64,000 nt of DNA from Alphaproteobacteria bacterium (GTDB lineage Bacteria > Pseudomonadota > Alphaproteobacteria > UBA9219): positions 840-64,839 of the forward strand of contig WRDR01000009.1 of the NCBI GenBank assembly GCA_009779745.1, read 5' to 3'. Of this stretch, positions 17,926-28,976 are shown in pieces (the first letter of the stretch is position 1; each line of letters opens with the position of its first letter). The notes beneath the pieces were generated by a model, which saw only the letters and a list, made by a program, of their open reading frames with translations, did not search any database and was not told the DNA's origin. A program made the translations under genes and the position numbers.

Positions 17926-20675
17926 TTCGGTGCTCCTAATTTTTCTTCAACTTGTTCCAATTCCTTGGGCCTAATAAATACTCCTAATTCAAATTCCGCA
18001 TCGTCCGGCGATACTTCTCCCGCCTGTACTTTCTCAAGTCCGCGCCATAACATTGACACTCCGCCCATTCCCTCGGGCGACAGCCAGTAATCCTTCGCCT
18101 CATCATCTTTGTTCTCAGATAATAACTGCATCAGCTTCGCATCAGCTTCTATTATCTCTGCGCACACCGTACGACTCACTCTTCCCTTATAACAGTTCGG
18201 ACACCCTTCAGGATTCGCCATATACACTTCACTCATATCCGGCTCTGTTACGCATTTTACAACGTCTTTGCCTGCATTCTCTTTCTTGCTGCTCGCTATC
18301 ATCAGCGCAAGCCCACCTCTGACTCTGCGGTACAGCTCTTTCACAGACGGTCCCATTTCTTCGCGCGCTTTATTTATCGGTATCCTGCAATTCGGACAAA
18401 TACTCCTTAGCAGCCTCTGACAAACAAGCCCCCGAACAAGGTTATAGTCATAGCAGATATACGGCTCTATTCCTATATCCCTCAGCCTTTTCGGTATGGC
18501 CAGTGCGCTGTAAACGTGCGTAGTAGTATACACCTGTCTTCCTGTTAATGCCAGTCTAAATGCAAACTGCGCAGTCTGAAAGTCTCTTATTTCGCCCAAC
18601 ATCACTATATCAGGGTCTAAACGTAGCGCGCAACGCATAATTTCTATGAAGGTTCTTTCTCTCTGTTCGTCCTTAATAGACGCAGAAACGCCTATTTGCC
18701 TAGCTCCCATAACGCCTCCTTCCGGAGGATCTTCTATCATAAGACAGTTAAGCTGCATTTCTGTTTCCGCCATACGCCTGTTCAGGACTACGCGCAGCGT
18801 AGTTGTTTTTCCCTGATTGACAGGTCCTGCGAATACCCGCAGTCCGCTGGGGGCTGCTCTTAGAGACTGCATGACTTTGAGCTGTTTCTGAGAGAATCCC
18901 AGAGAGTCCACGTCCGCCATAATGAACGACTCGCCCCACAAATAGGTAGAGTCATACGATAAACGCATGTCAAGGTACGCACCGCCGTTAGACAGCGGAA
19001 CCCACTGACACCTTACGCTTATGATGCCCTTTGGCAGAATAATGGTCTCGCGGCCTCTCTGATCCGAGGTAAGCATTGCAGCCTGAGGCTCTTGGAAATT
19101 AGATGTTGTTCCGGACTGCCCTATGGAATGCGAATATAAAGAGGCTAAGAACTGATCACCTTCTCTCTGAGTCCAAACCTCTTGACGGCGCAGGGCACCG
19201 TCTATGCGGAATTGAACCAAGGCTCTTCCATTCTCCGACTCTATGTGAATATCGTTTGCTCCGAGCTGGGCTGCGCGCTCCAGCGTATCCATGATGCGCC
19301 GTCTTGCGCTGTTGTCATCGCGCACAGAACCGTATTCTCTGCGTTCCGCATAAACGTAAGCCTGAATGATGATATTAGGAGTCACATACTTGGGAGGATT
19401 TATTTTAAATCCCAGCCTTTTCGCAACCTGCACTACGGATGTCACCAAAGGCGAGCGTCTGTGAGAAGCACTGACCAGCCATAGACCGTCATCGAATAAA
19501 GCGCAGAGGCTTCTTGCTTCGTCCGGAATTTTCAAAGGGCCGTTTTCCGCAGTCAAGACTTCGCCGGTGAAAAGTTTTGAGACTGCTCTTTCATCTTCAA
19601 TCTTGATAGAATCAGAAGCATTAGAAGCAAAAGGATTGGCAGATGTTCCTTGCTGAGATGCCGCTACTTTTTGCGCAGCAATAACCTGAGCGGAGCGTTC
19701 TTCTTTTTTCTCGTCTTCGACCTTAGCAACAGGCTCTGCTTTAGGCTCCGGAACAGGCTGCGGTTTCTGAACGACAGCAGGTTCAGTCTTTTGTGCAGGC
19801 TTTTGCTCCGAGGCTTTTTTCTCTTTGGCTTCCTGTTTTATTGGACTGCTTTCCTGAACGGGCTTTTGTTCGGGTTTTGGCTGAGCCGCTACCTTTTTTT
19901 CTTCTTTCTTAGGCGTGCTCCATATAAATCCCTGAAACAATGACGCAGCCGTCTCATCGTCTTTCTTAGACTGTTCCGGTTCTTTCTTAGCCGGAGCAGC
20001 GAGTGCCGGTGCAGCAACCTTATCCTGTTCAGGGGCAAGCGGAGGCGGAGTAAACGTCTCTTTGTTTTCTTCCTTCTCAACAGCCGTCTTATGAGGCTGC
20101 TTTAATGCCTCAATAGACTGCCCCTCTACAACCACCTCGAGTTTTTCGTTAGACGGTTGTTTCCAGTCATCATTTTTAACAGGAGGCTCGGGTTTCTTCT
20201 CTTCTTTCTTTACAGTCAGTTCCTGTGCTTTCTCTTTATAGAACTCCTGAACAGCAGGCGGCATTTTCGCCTGCACTGCCGAAGAAATACCTTGTTCTGC
20301 AGGAGGTACGGATTCTTTCTCTTCCGGCTTGGTTTTTATTTTCTCTGCGTTTTCTACAGCCGCAACGCTTCTATCGCTGTCAGCAGAAATTTTCTTCTCT
20401 AAACTGGTTGTTATCTTATCTCCCAGCGATTCAGAAGCAGCACTGCTTTTCCCTGAAGACCCTTCGGCATTATTTTTTATTTCCGGAGGATAAAATCTTA
20501 CGCCTCCCTCATAACTCTGTTTCTGCTGACTGGACGGAACATAGGAAACGTTTGTTTTATCCGGTCTGTTACCGCCTGCACTCTTATTGCCGGCTGCCTT
20601 AGCCGGAGGTACAGAGGGCTGTGGCTTGGTTTGCCCTTTCGACTTACTTCCAAAAAGATTTGTCAGTCCGAACAC
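17922..20675 (-). CDS. type IVb pilus assembly ATPase (PilQ/BfpD/GspE-like) with long disordered N-terminus
   Basis: ANDIHIE, FRIDG, GPVNQGKTTT, IEDPPE, LRLDPDIVMLGEIRD, two CPNC. Confidence 0.88.
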   Translation of the reverse strand: MFGLTNLFGSKSKGQTKPQPSVPPAKAAGNKSAGGNRPDKTNVSYVPSSQQKQSYEGGVRFYPPEIKNNAEGSSGKSSAASESLGDKITTSLEKKISADSDRSVAAVENAEKIKTKPEEKESVPPAEQGISSAVQAKMPPAVQEFYKEKAQELTVKKEEKKPEPPVKNDDWKQPSNEKLEVVVEGQSIEALKQPHKTAVEKEENKETFTPPPLAPEQDKVAAPALAAPAKKEPEQSKKDDETAASLFQGFIWSTPKKEEKKVAAQPKPEQKPVQESSPIKQEAKEKKASEQKPAQKTEPAVVQKPQPVPEPKAEPVAKVEDEKKEERSAQVIAAQKVAASQQGTSANPFASNASDSIKIEDERAVSKLFTGEVLTAENGPLKIPDEARSLCALFDDGLWLVSASHRRSPLVTSVVQVAKRLGFKINPPKYVTPNIIIQAYVYAERREYGSVRDDNSARRRIMDTLERAAQLGANDIHIESENGRALVQFRIDGALRRQEVWTQREGDQFLASLYSHSIGQSGTTSNFQEPQAAMLTSDQRGRETIILPKGIISVRCQWVPLSNGGAYLDMRLSYDSTYLWGESFIMADVDSLGFSQKQLKVMQSLRAAPSGLRVFAGPVNQGKTTTLRVVLNRRMAETEMQLNCLMIEDPPEGGVMGARQIGVSASIKDEQRERTFIEIMRCALRLDPDIVMLGEIRDFQTAQFAFRLALTGRQVYTTTHVYSALAIPKRLRDIGIEPYICYDYNLVRGLVCQRLLRSICPNCRIPINKAREEMGPSVKELYRRVRGGLALMIASSKKENAGKDVVKCVTEPDMSEVYMANPEGCPNCYKGRVSRTVCAEIIEADAKLMQLLSENKDDEAKDYWLSPEGMGGVSMLWRGLEKVQAGEVSPDDAEFELGVFIRPKELEQVEEKLGAPK

Positions 20676-20773
20676 TTGCGCATTTCCTAACCAAAAAGAA
20701 TCACGAGACAGCCCTTTATAGAAAGTCCACCTTGCTTTCTACTACATCATAAGTACTACAAATAAGTTAATAT

Positions 20774-21694
20774 TTAGCGAACAGACCCATGTACTACATC
20801 AACATTCTTCACGTTGATAGTATAAGGAGTCCTCTTGCCTTTGCCCGCCGGCATCAAGACCACAGAAGATGAAGTAATGCTTTCTACAACATCCCCGTTA
20901 GGCAGCTTGTCGCCTATGCGAACAGATTGTCTGTCTTTACTCGTGCCAAACTTCAGAACAGCTACATACCTGCCTTCAGTGCCTTGAATATGGGCAACTT
21001 CAGGCTTTGAAGAAACCGGAGTTATAGTCGGGAAAGAAACAGGCATGGCCGGCGCAGGAGCAATACCGGCTATAGGAGCAACCGGCGGCAACAGCGCGTC
21101 CAGTGAAGGAGGAGCTATTCTAGCCTTGTCAACGCCTATGCTTCTGCGATCAGCGCGTATCTTTTGCAGTTCGTTTATCTTTTTCTCCATATCAATCATA
21201 GCATCGATACGGGTTATAGTCTGTCTGGCCTCAGTCAGATCCTGAAGAGTCGTTTCTTCCATGCTTTCCAAATCTTTGATTTTGTCCTTAGCAGCATCCA
21301 TGGCTTTGTCGCTCATCTTTGTAACGCTCTTTACGAGACTTTCTTCTCTGGAGGAAGGCAAAGTCTTAGATGCAGAAACAGCAGGAGCAGGAGCCGCAGC
21401 GGCAACCGGTGCAGGAGCAGGAGCTATACTCGCAGGAACTGACTCAGTCGCAGAAGCAGCAACAGTCTTCAAATCATCTGCAGCTGAATCAACTTTGGGA
21501 GCAGCAGCTTCTTCGGCTGCAGCAGGAACCGCAGCAACAGGTGCAGTATCAACAGCGTTCACCGCAGGCGAAACAGAAGCAGGAACATTTGCGTCTTCCG
21601 CCGCTGAAACCTGAGACGGGACAATAGCCCCCAGAGTCCCTACCGCTACATAAGCAGCGCCGATAAGCAAAGCGGACATAGTGCAGCTTTTCAT
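20774..21694 (-). CDS. PilP-like type IVb pilus biogenesis protein
   Basis: signal peptide, Ala/Pro-rich linker, coiled coil, C-terminal P.V..I.G....AVL..VRIGDKLPNG..V.SIT...V; position between pilO-like and pilQ-like genes. Confidence 0.65.
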   Translation of the reverse strand: MKSCTMSALLIGAAYVAVGTLGAIVPSQVSAAEDANVPASVSPAVNAVDTAPVAAVPAAAEEAAAPKVDSAADDLKTVAASATESVPASIAPAPAPVAAAAPAPAVSASKTLPSSREESLVKSVTKMSDKAMDAAKDKIKDLESMEETTLQDLTEARQTITRIDAMIDMEKKINELQKIRADRRSIGVDKARIAPPSLDALLPPVAPIAGIAPAPAMPVSFPTITPVSSKPEVAHIQGTEGRYVAVLKFGTSKDRQSVRIGDKLPNGDVVESITSSSVVLMPAGKGKRTPYTINVKNVDVVHGSVR

Positions 21695-21698
21695 GTTT

Positions 21699-22931
21699 TT
21701 ATTTCCTTTCTTCATAAATAACCCCTTCAACTTTCCAACCCGCCGACATCGTTCCGGAGCCAGCAGTCATGTTGTTAATAATTGCACCCGGCAAATTCTC
21801 AAAAATCCTTGTCAGATCACCGGGAAGATAAGACACAGTCATATTAAATGCTCTTTTCTGCCATGGCGCAGGCGGTGGATTCCACTCACCGTCCCAGTCC
21901 GGCGGAGGCGGAGGCGGAGGATCATCAGGAGCTTTTGTCAAAGTCCCGGGCCAGTTCTCACGTAAAAACCGATTCGTTATCTCGTTAAAGGATAACAATT
22001 CCTCGCGTCCGCGATTTTTTAAGCTGCCTAATCTGTATACCTTAGAAGCGTTCTTACCGGTAATATCCACTACGGCTCCGTCAGGAGGCTCAGTGCTTCC
22101 CTTAGTACGCGTCCATGTGACGCTAATTCCAACTCCGCTGCAAGATACCTTATTCATCTTCCAGCCCTGTACCGCAGTCGGTACTTTTACCAATCCTTCA
22201 GAGCAATTCCTGATAACATCAATGGCAAGCGGCTTTTCTTCCCAGTACCGTATGTATACAGGCTCCGGCATAGGTTTAGGAACAAATACCTTAGGCGGAG
22301 GCGGCAATTGCCCGGTAGTCGCTATATTGGTGACTTCTCCTCCTCCAACAATCAAAGCCGCTATTACGGCAACAGCCACCAATGATCCGGCGAATATTCC
22401 GAGCTTCGCTTTCTGAGACAAGGACACGCCTTGCAGCTTTATGTCCGCTCTGTCATTCAGCAGCAGCGTAATAGGTATAGAATCAGCTCCGGGTATTGAC
22501 CATGCTTCAGGAGCATATACTGTCTGTAATCCGCCAAAGCCCATTTCTTGTATGAGTCTGTCGCGCGCATCCGCTTCTTCGAAAAAGAACAAATCTCCGT
22601 CCGGAACTATCAGATCGTCTCTTACTATTATGACGACTACGCCTTCGTTAAGACGAAACGCTCCAGCCCAAGATCCCGGCAGCTGACTGGCTAAACAGCC
22701 GGCAAGCGCAGGCATTCCGGCTGTCTGTCCGCCGTCTCCGGAGCAAAGACCGAACTGAGGTACGCCGCCGCTTTTACCGCCGGGACGAATAGCGAAAAAA
22801 TCAGCTTGTTGTCCGGGCTGCTTCGCTGCGTCCTTAGCAATCTGAGACACACGGCCGCCGCCGGGACTGTTTTCCCAGTACAGCCCAACCGCATACGTAT
22901 GCCTTCCTACGGTGACGACTCCAGATGACAT
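21699..22931 (-). CDS. PilO (Pilin accessory, PilO2)-like protein
   Basis: YAVGLYW N-terminus, DGDLFF, central TM, GW....VSC; operon position. Confidence 0.75.
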   Translation of the reverse strand: MSSGVVTVGRHTYAVGLYWENSPGGGRVSQIAKDAAKQPGQQADFFAIRPGGKSGGVPQFGLCSGDGGQTAGMPALAGCLASQLPGSWAGAFRLNEGVVVIIVRDDLIVPDGDLFFFEEADARDRLIQEMGFGGLQTVYAPEAWSIPGADSIPITLLLNDRADIKLQGVSLSQKAKLGIFAGSLVAVAVIAALIVGGGEVTNIATTGQLPPPPKVFVPKPMPEPVYIRYWEEKPLAIDVIRNCSEGLVKVPTAVQGWKMNKVSCSGVGISVTWTRTKGSTEPPDGAVVDITGKNASKVYRLGSLKNRGREELLSFNEITNRFLRENWPGTLTKAPDDPPPPPPPDWDGEWNPPPAPWQKRAFNMTVSYLPGDLTRIFENLPGAIINNMTAGSGTMSAGWKVEGVIYEERK

Positions 22932-24637
22932 TAGTTTGTCTCCTCAATTCCGAAAGACGAATCCATAACTTGCGGCGTTAATGCAATCACCATCATGAAC
23001 TTCTCATTCGCTCCGTGCAGTCCGCCTCCCAACAGGAAGTTATTCGGAGTCCCTACGCCATCTCTGTTCATAACAGTATTGCCAATGTCTACACCGCCAA
23101 TAACCAAAGTCTGACCGCTGCGCAGCATGGACTGCTGTATGAATATACGCCTGTCAGTTGTCGGCAATTGAATCGGGAGAGACTCCTCCGCGGATATCTG
23201 GAAGTCTATTTGCTTCATCTCGCGAAGACCGGTCAAGCCCATAGAATACTGCAGAAGCATACGGCCATCGTCCATTAATCTTGGAGTCAGCTGTATAGAG
23301 AAACCCTCTCTCACAGAAGCAATAACCGGAGTGTATGACATAACACCGGAGTTTGTGAGACTTGTAGTCTGATCTCTTTCAACACTTCTTATGTAGTCCG
23401 TATCGGTTCCAACCCGTCTTGCAACAGGACGGTTGTTCATTGTAGTTACAGTGAACTCGGCTATTTGCGCAGTGTTTCCTATGCTGGATAATGCTTCTAT
23501 AATCGCAGAAGCCTTAACTCTGCTTGAGTCAATCAAAGCCATAGACAATGCTCCAGCAGCAGTACCGGCAGGTATAGGAGTTCCGGCGGAAGCATAAGTC
23601 GCTATACGACCCATATTATCCACTACCTTTCCCAGAGTAGCACTAAACTGAACTCCGAAATCCTCACCGTCAGTCATTCTTACAACATATGTCTTAACGT
23701 TGATAGCAATCTGGCGACCGAGCCTCTTGTTCTCTTTATTCAAGTAATCAGCCACTGTCTGCATTAAATCCGGCGTAGTCGTAACGGTAATGGTTCCCAT
23801 AGTAGGAGAAATTAATGACTGTCCGTTGCCGCCGATAATAAGTTTAATCACCGCGTCAAGCTCTTCCCAGTACTTCAGCGAAATCTTAGTGCTTGAGTTC
23901 TGTTTGAGCGTATTTTTCGTTGAAGAGGCTCCGCTGGCACTGCTGCTAGAATCGGAAGTCTCTGCGTCCTCATCTTCCATAGCATCATTAATTTCATGAG
24001 TGCCCGGCATTGCTTCCATTACGAACACTCTGGTATCGAAACGAGAGATTACAATGGAGCTGCCGTCATATCTCCAGCTTACAGAGAAAAATGCGCTGAG
24101 TCTGTCCAGCAATCCGGACAAAGAACCTTCATAGGATATTGGCATCTCGGAAGCAGATGCGCCTGCCGCTGCGGCGGCCGGAGGCGTTATTTGCGGTCCG
24201 CCGGCAAGAGGAGGCTGCGGAGTTGCCGGACGCGCAGCAGGTCTTGCCGCATTTAGACGTACCGGAATACCGGTCTGAGCACTTACCGCCTGAGTAATCT
24301 CTTCAAGACTCATAGGAGAAGCAGAAACTAAAGTAACGCCCTTAGCTCCTTCAAACCTAGAAGGAAACGGCATTCCGCGGTGCATACGCAATGCGGAGTT
24401 TCCGCTCCATACCTTGTCCGTCACTACCAGAGGATTGTACTTTTCCGAAGCAATCTGATTAGTAGTGTCAAGAGCGGCAACCGTCTGTTTTACTCTTGAG
24501 TCTATGTTGTTGTCCATTTGCTCTATGCGATCGCAGGCTGACAGCGTCATGCCCAGACCTAAAACAGACAGGGAAGCAAAAGACAATGCGCGCTTCCTTA
24601 AACTAATCACTTTTGCTTTACTTGACTTACTTGACAT
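22931..24637 (-). CDS. type IVb pilus lipoprotein secretin (PilN/BfpB-like)
   Basis: lipobox LSAC, YEGSLSGLLD, Ser-rich segment, GTITVTTTP, LRSGQTLVIGG, LLGGG. Confidence 0.85.
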   Translation of the reverse strand: MSSKSSKAKVISLRKRALSFASLSVLGLGMTLSACDRIEQMDNNIDSRVKQTVAALDTTNQIASEKYNPLVVTDKVWSGNSALRMHRGMPFPSRFEGAKGVTLVSASPMSLEEITQAVSAQTGIPVRLNAARPAARPATPQPPLAGGPQITPPAAAAAGASASEMPISYEGSLSGLLDRLSAFFSVSWRYDGSSIVISRFDTRVFVMEAMPGTHEINDAMEDEDAETSDSSSSASGASSTKNTLKQNSSTKISLKYWEELDAVIKLIIGGNGQSLISPTMGTITVTTTPDLMQTVADYLNKENKRLGRQIAINVKTYVVRMTDGEDFGVQFSATLGKVVDNMGRIATYASAGTPIPAGTAAGALSMALIDSSRVKASAIIEALSSIGNTAQIAEFTVTTMNNRPVARRVGTDTDYIRSVERDQTTSLTNSGVMSYTPVIASVREGFSIQLTPRLMDDGRMLLQYSMGLTGLREMKQIDFQISAEESLPIQLPTTDRRIFIQQSMLRSGQTLVIGGVDIGNTVMNRDGVGTPNNFLLGGGLHGANEKFMMVIALTPQVMDSSFGIEETN

Positions 24638-24687
24638 CCTGAGTCTCCTTTGTTTTTTGCATCGACCTTTGCACAAATCTAATTTTA

Positions 24688-25830
24688 TTAGTCAGAATAA
24701 CTGTTTCCGCGCGTCTGAATAACCAATACCCTCTGTCCAGCACCCGAGTTGTTATGCAGAGATCCTACAGGCTGAGGTCTTGCACCGTCAAAACCGGACA
24801 GTAAATTTCTTACCGCAGACTCAAAAGATCCGTTGAATCTCACAGATGCTTCGACCGGATAATCATACTCTGCAATCCACTTCAACTCGAACCCTGCGCG
24901 AGACGACCATTTCTCCAACACCTGACGCAGTGTTTCTCCTCTGCCGGCAACCCAATCACCGGCGCGTCTGTCCATTATGGAATCCGAACCAACCATCGGT
25001 CTTTCGGACGGCATTGTAAGAAATCCGAGCGATCCGGCTCTTGGCGATTCACTTGGCAACATGACTTCGGAAGGCATTCTGCGGCTGTCCTGCTGCATAC
25101 CCCACCTCGGCTCATTATCCCATCTTGGCTGATTCATATTCATGGGCTCGCCGGGTCCGGATATTACAAGATGTCCACTCTCTCTCATCGGAGCTCTTTG
25201 CATATCAGGTCTGGGCATATCTCTCACCTGATACCTCATTGGCCTCGGCTCCATTTGATTCATTGCCTGCATCTGACCCCTTGGCTTTATGGTAACAACA
25301 TTGCCTTGTTCGTAAGCAGCCAAACCAACAGGTCTTAACATCTCTTCAAGAGTCTCTCTCCAACTCCTGCCGCCTCTGTAAGATACAAGCGTTTCTACTT
25401 CGACTTCAGGTCCTATCAAAAAGCTGCGTCCCGTAGGAAGAACTTGTCTCAACGCCAAAGACAGCGGAACATTGGAGGCAAATCCCTGAACAACTTCTTC
25501 TCTTCCGGAAGCAGGAGCCATATCTCCCAGAGCAACATTCTGAGCCTTCATACCATGCACTTGCTGCTGCACAGAGTACTGAGAATTAGCCTGAGAAGGC
25601 ACGGCATACTTTTCCACAGAAGCAGATGATCCGTTTACAACTACAGGAACAATTGTCTGAGGAGATGCTGCTGCGCTTACAGATCTATTCTCTACGGACA
25701 CGGAGTTCTTGGCTGCTCCGTCCTGAGGGGAAATCCACTGAAAACCAGCTTCTGCATTAGATGACGAAACAGCCGCTACAAGAGCGACTAACGCAACACC
25801 GCAAGAACGAATGAGAGTTTTATTTGGCAT
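24688..25830 (-). CDS. TcpQ/PilL-domain pilus protein
   Basis: signal peptide; GFASNVPL..ALRQVLP, W.A.RGETLRQVLEKW..AG..L.W...DYPVEA..F.GSFE.AV. Confidence 0.75.
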   Translation of the reverse strand: MPNKTLIRSCGVALVALVAAVSSSNAEAGFQWISPQDGAAKNSVSVENRSVSAAASPQTIVPVVVNGSSASVEKYAVPSQANSQYSVQQQVHGMKAQNVALGDMAPASGREEVVQGFASNVPLSLALRQVLPTGRSFLIGPEVEVETLVSYRGGRSWRETLEEMLRPVGLAAYEQGNVVTIKPRGQMQAMNQMEPRPMRYQVRDMPRPDMQRAPMRESGHLVISGPGEPMNMNQPRWDNEPRWGMQQDSRRMPSEVMLPSESPRAGSLGFLTMPSERPMVGSDSIMDRRAGDWVAGRGETLRQVLEKWSSRAGFELKWIAEYDYPVEASVRFNGSFESAVRNLLSGFDGARPQPVGSLHNNSGAGQRVLVIQTRGNSYSD

Positions 25831-26259
25831 ATCTTTGCTCTTCTTCTAAAATTAAAACGACTCTATAATGAAACCACTTATCTGGGGCATGCTACTAGAC
25901 AATTTACTAACAGTGTGTTAAAAAAAATAACAAAAAACAAAATCTTCTTAAAAATTATTTACGTATCGCAGCACTATATAAAACTATTTTCAACCCTATA
26001 TTCGCATAGTGTTTTTTCTTTTAAAACCAGCTAATTAACTTGTCTATTTCAATACTATAAACCGCCGGACAATTGAGGCTCTGTAGCACTCTTTTTGTTT
26101 TTCTTCAAGAAAAAGATATGGTTAACATTATGTTAGCTGATTTTTTTAATGGGAAACTTTTATTAACCGCTGTTTCCTCCAGTTTTTAAACCACTATAAA
26201 TACGTTTTTTTCTAATAAAATTATAGGTTGTTGCTTTTATAATACAGTGCTGAAAATTA

Positions 26260-26330
26260 GTGTGGAGTGTTGAGAGTAGAGTGTGGAGTTAAGATACCAG
26301 AATTCTGGTATCTGGAAACTGGCAACTAAT
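26260..26330. repeat. heptamer-element locus
   Basis: gtgtggagtgttgagagtagagtgtggagttaag is nearly the reverse complement of 45881-45908; adjacent palindrome gataccagaattctggtatc. Confidence 0.75.
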
Positions 26331-26408
26331 TAGAGTTGCTTATTTTCTGAATTTCCTTATTATCTCTGCATTGTATCAGTGATTCATGACTAAAATCAGG
26401 AGAAAAAT

Positions 26409-26831
26409 ATGCCGCTAGAACGCACTTTATCTATCATAAAACCAGATGCCACTAAAAGAAATATAACCGGCAAAATCAATGCGAAACTCGAAGAAGCAGG
26501 ACTAAGAATAGTCGCTCAAAAACGCATACGCATGACTAAGGCTCAAGCTGAGGGTTTTTACGCTGTTCATGAGGCGCGCCCTTTCTTCAACGACTTATGC
26601 AATGCCATGTCTTCCGCTCCTGTGGTAGTCCAAGTTCTCGAAAGCGAAAATGCTATTGCTAAAAACAGAGAAATTATGGGTTCTACTAATCCTGCTACTG
26701 CTGATGCGGGTACTATCCGCAAAGAGTTCGGGGTAAACATTCAAGACAACTCCGTACACGGTTCCGACAGTCTTGAAAATGCTAAAATAGAAATCGCATA
26801 TTTCTTCCGTCCGGAAGAGATTGTAGGATAA
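26409..26831 (+). CDS. ndk: nucleoside diphosphate kinase
   Basis: [32 protein letters not shown]. Confidence 0.98.
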   Translation: MPLERTLSIIKPDATKRNITGKINAKLEEAGLRIVAQKRIRMTKAQAEGFYAVHEARPFFNDLCNAMSSAPVVVQVLESENAIAKNREIMGSTNPATADAGTIRKEFGVNIQDNSVHGSDSLENAKIEIAYFFRPEEIVG

Positions 26832-26836
26832 GATAA

Positions 26837-27998
<1,162 letters not shown>

Positions 27999-28013
27999 GA
28001 AAAAGGAAAAAAA

Positions 28014-28976
28014 ATGTCAGTAGTTCTTAACGACTTGCCTTTTGTCGATGTTTACGTAAGACTGGATCAACATGATAAGGCTCTGTACCGCTCTCTAATC
28101 CGAGCAGACAGCAAAGTCAGCTTGTTTGTTCCTCCGGAATTTCAGGATTCCATAAATCGCTTTGCAGATGCCATAAAAGAGAAAATGGGCGACAGAGTCG
28201 ACGGTGCCATTACTTTCGAAGGCGTAAGATGCCGCCTTTCCAGATCTCATCTCTCGGACGGCACTACTTGGGTTTGCGCCAGAAGAATCAATACTGTTCT
28301 GCCGGACATCAACAAACTAAATCTGCCTTCCGAAGTTGTAAATCACATGCTCGGCTTGGGCAAAAGAGACGGTTTGATTCTTATTTCGGGTCCGACAGGA
28401 CACGGAAAAACTACGACTGCAGTAGCTTTGCTTTCATACTATCTTAAAACTTACGGCGGCACTGCGGTTACTATTGAAGACCCTTGCGAGTTCATTATGC
28501 ACGGAAGGCACGGCGAAAAAGGTCAGTGCTTCCAAAATGAAGTTGAAAAAGAAGAGGACTGGGCTCTAGGCTTGAAAAGAGCTATGCGCTGGGCTCCCAA
28601 CTACATTTACGTAGGAGAGATTCGTACTCCGGCTGCTGCGGAACAGCTTCTAAGAGCCGCTACTACGGGACACTTGGTGATGACTACAGTTCACGCAGGT
28701 GCTATGGAAGAAGCTCTTATGGGTATTGTGTTTTTGGCTGAACAATCTATGGGATCCGGAGTTCACAATATGCTGGCTACCGGTCTTACCGCTCTTGTGA
28801 ATCAGTCTATGGGCGAGGCCGGCATGAATATGAAGTATGTGTTCACTGAAGAAAATGCTCCCGGAGATCCCATACGCGCTCTTATCAGAGAAGACAAGAT
28901 AGGTATGATGTCTACATACGTAGATAGGGCTGCCGCCAGACTTTCTATGGCAGCGGAACGAAGGAGGTCTACATGA
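28014..28976 (+). CDS. PilT/PilU-like ATPase, copy 1
   Basis: GPTGHGKTTT, TIEDP.E, YVGEIR, TGHLVMTTVHA, PIRALIRE (AIRNLIRE-like). Confidence 0.85.
   Translation: MSVVLNDLPFVDVYVRLDQHDKALYRSLIRADSKVSLFVPPEFQDSINRFADAIKEKMGDRVDGAITFEGVRCRLSRSHLSDGTTWVCARRINTVLPDINKLNLPSEVVNHMLGLGKRDGLILISGPTGHGKTTTAVALLSYYLKTYGGTAVTIEDPCEFIMHGRHGEKGQCFQNEVEKEEDWALGLKRAMRWAPNYIYVGEIRTPAAAEQLLRAATTGHLVMTTVHAGAMEEALMGIVFLAEQSMGSGVHNMLATGLTALVNQSMGEAGMNMKYVFTEENAPGDPIRALIREDKIGMMSTYVDRAAARLSMAAERRRST

Noticed and set aside
6127-25830. Integrated plasmid, ICE or prophage
   Set aside because: No integrase, relaxase, rep, phage structural genes or flanking direct repeats were seen, and essential genes such as prfB are interleaved.
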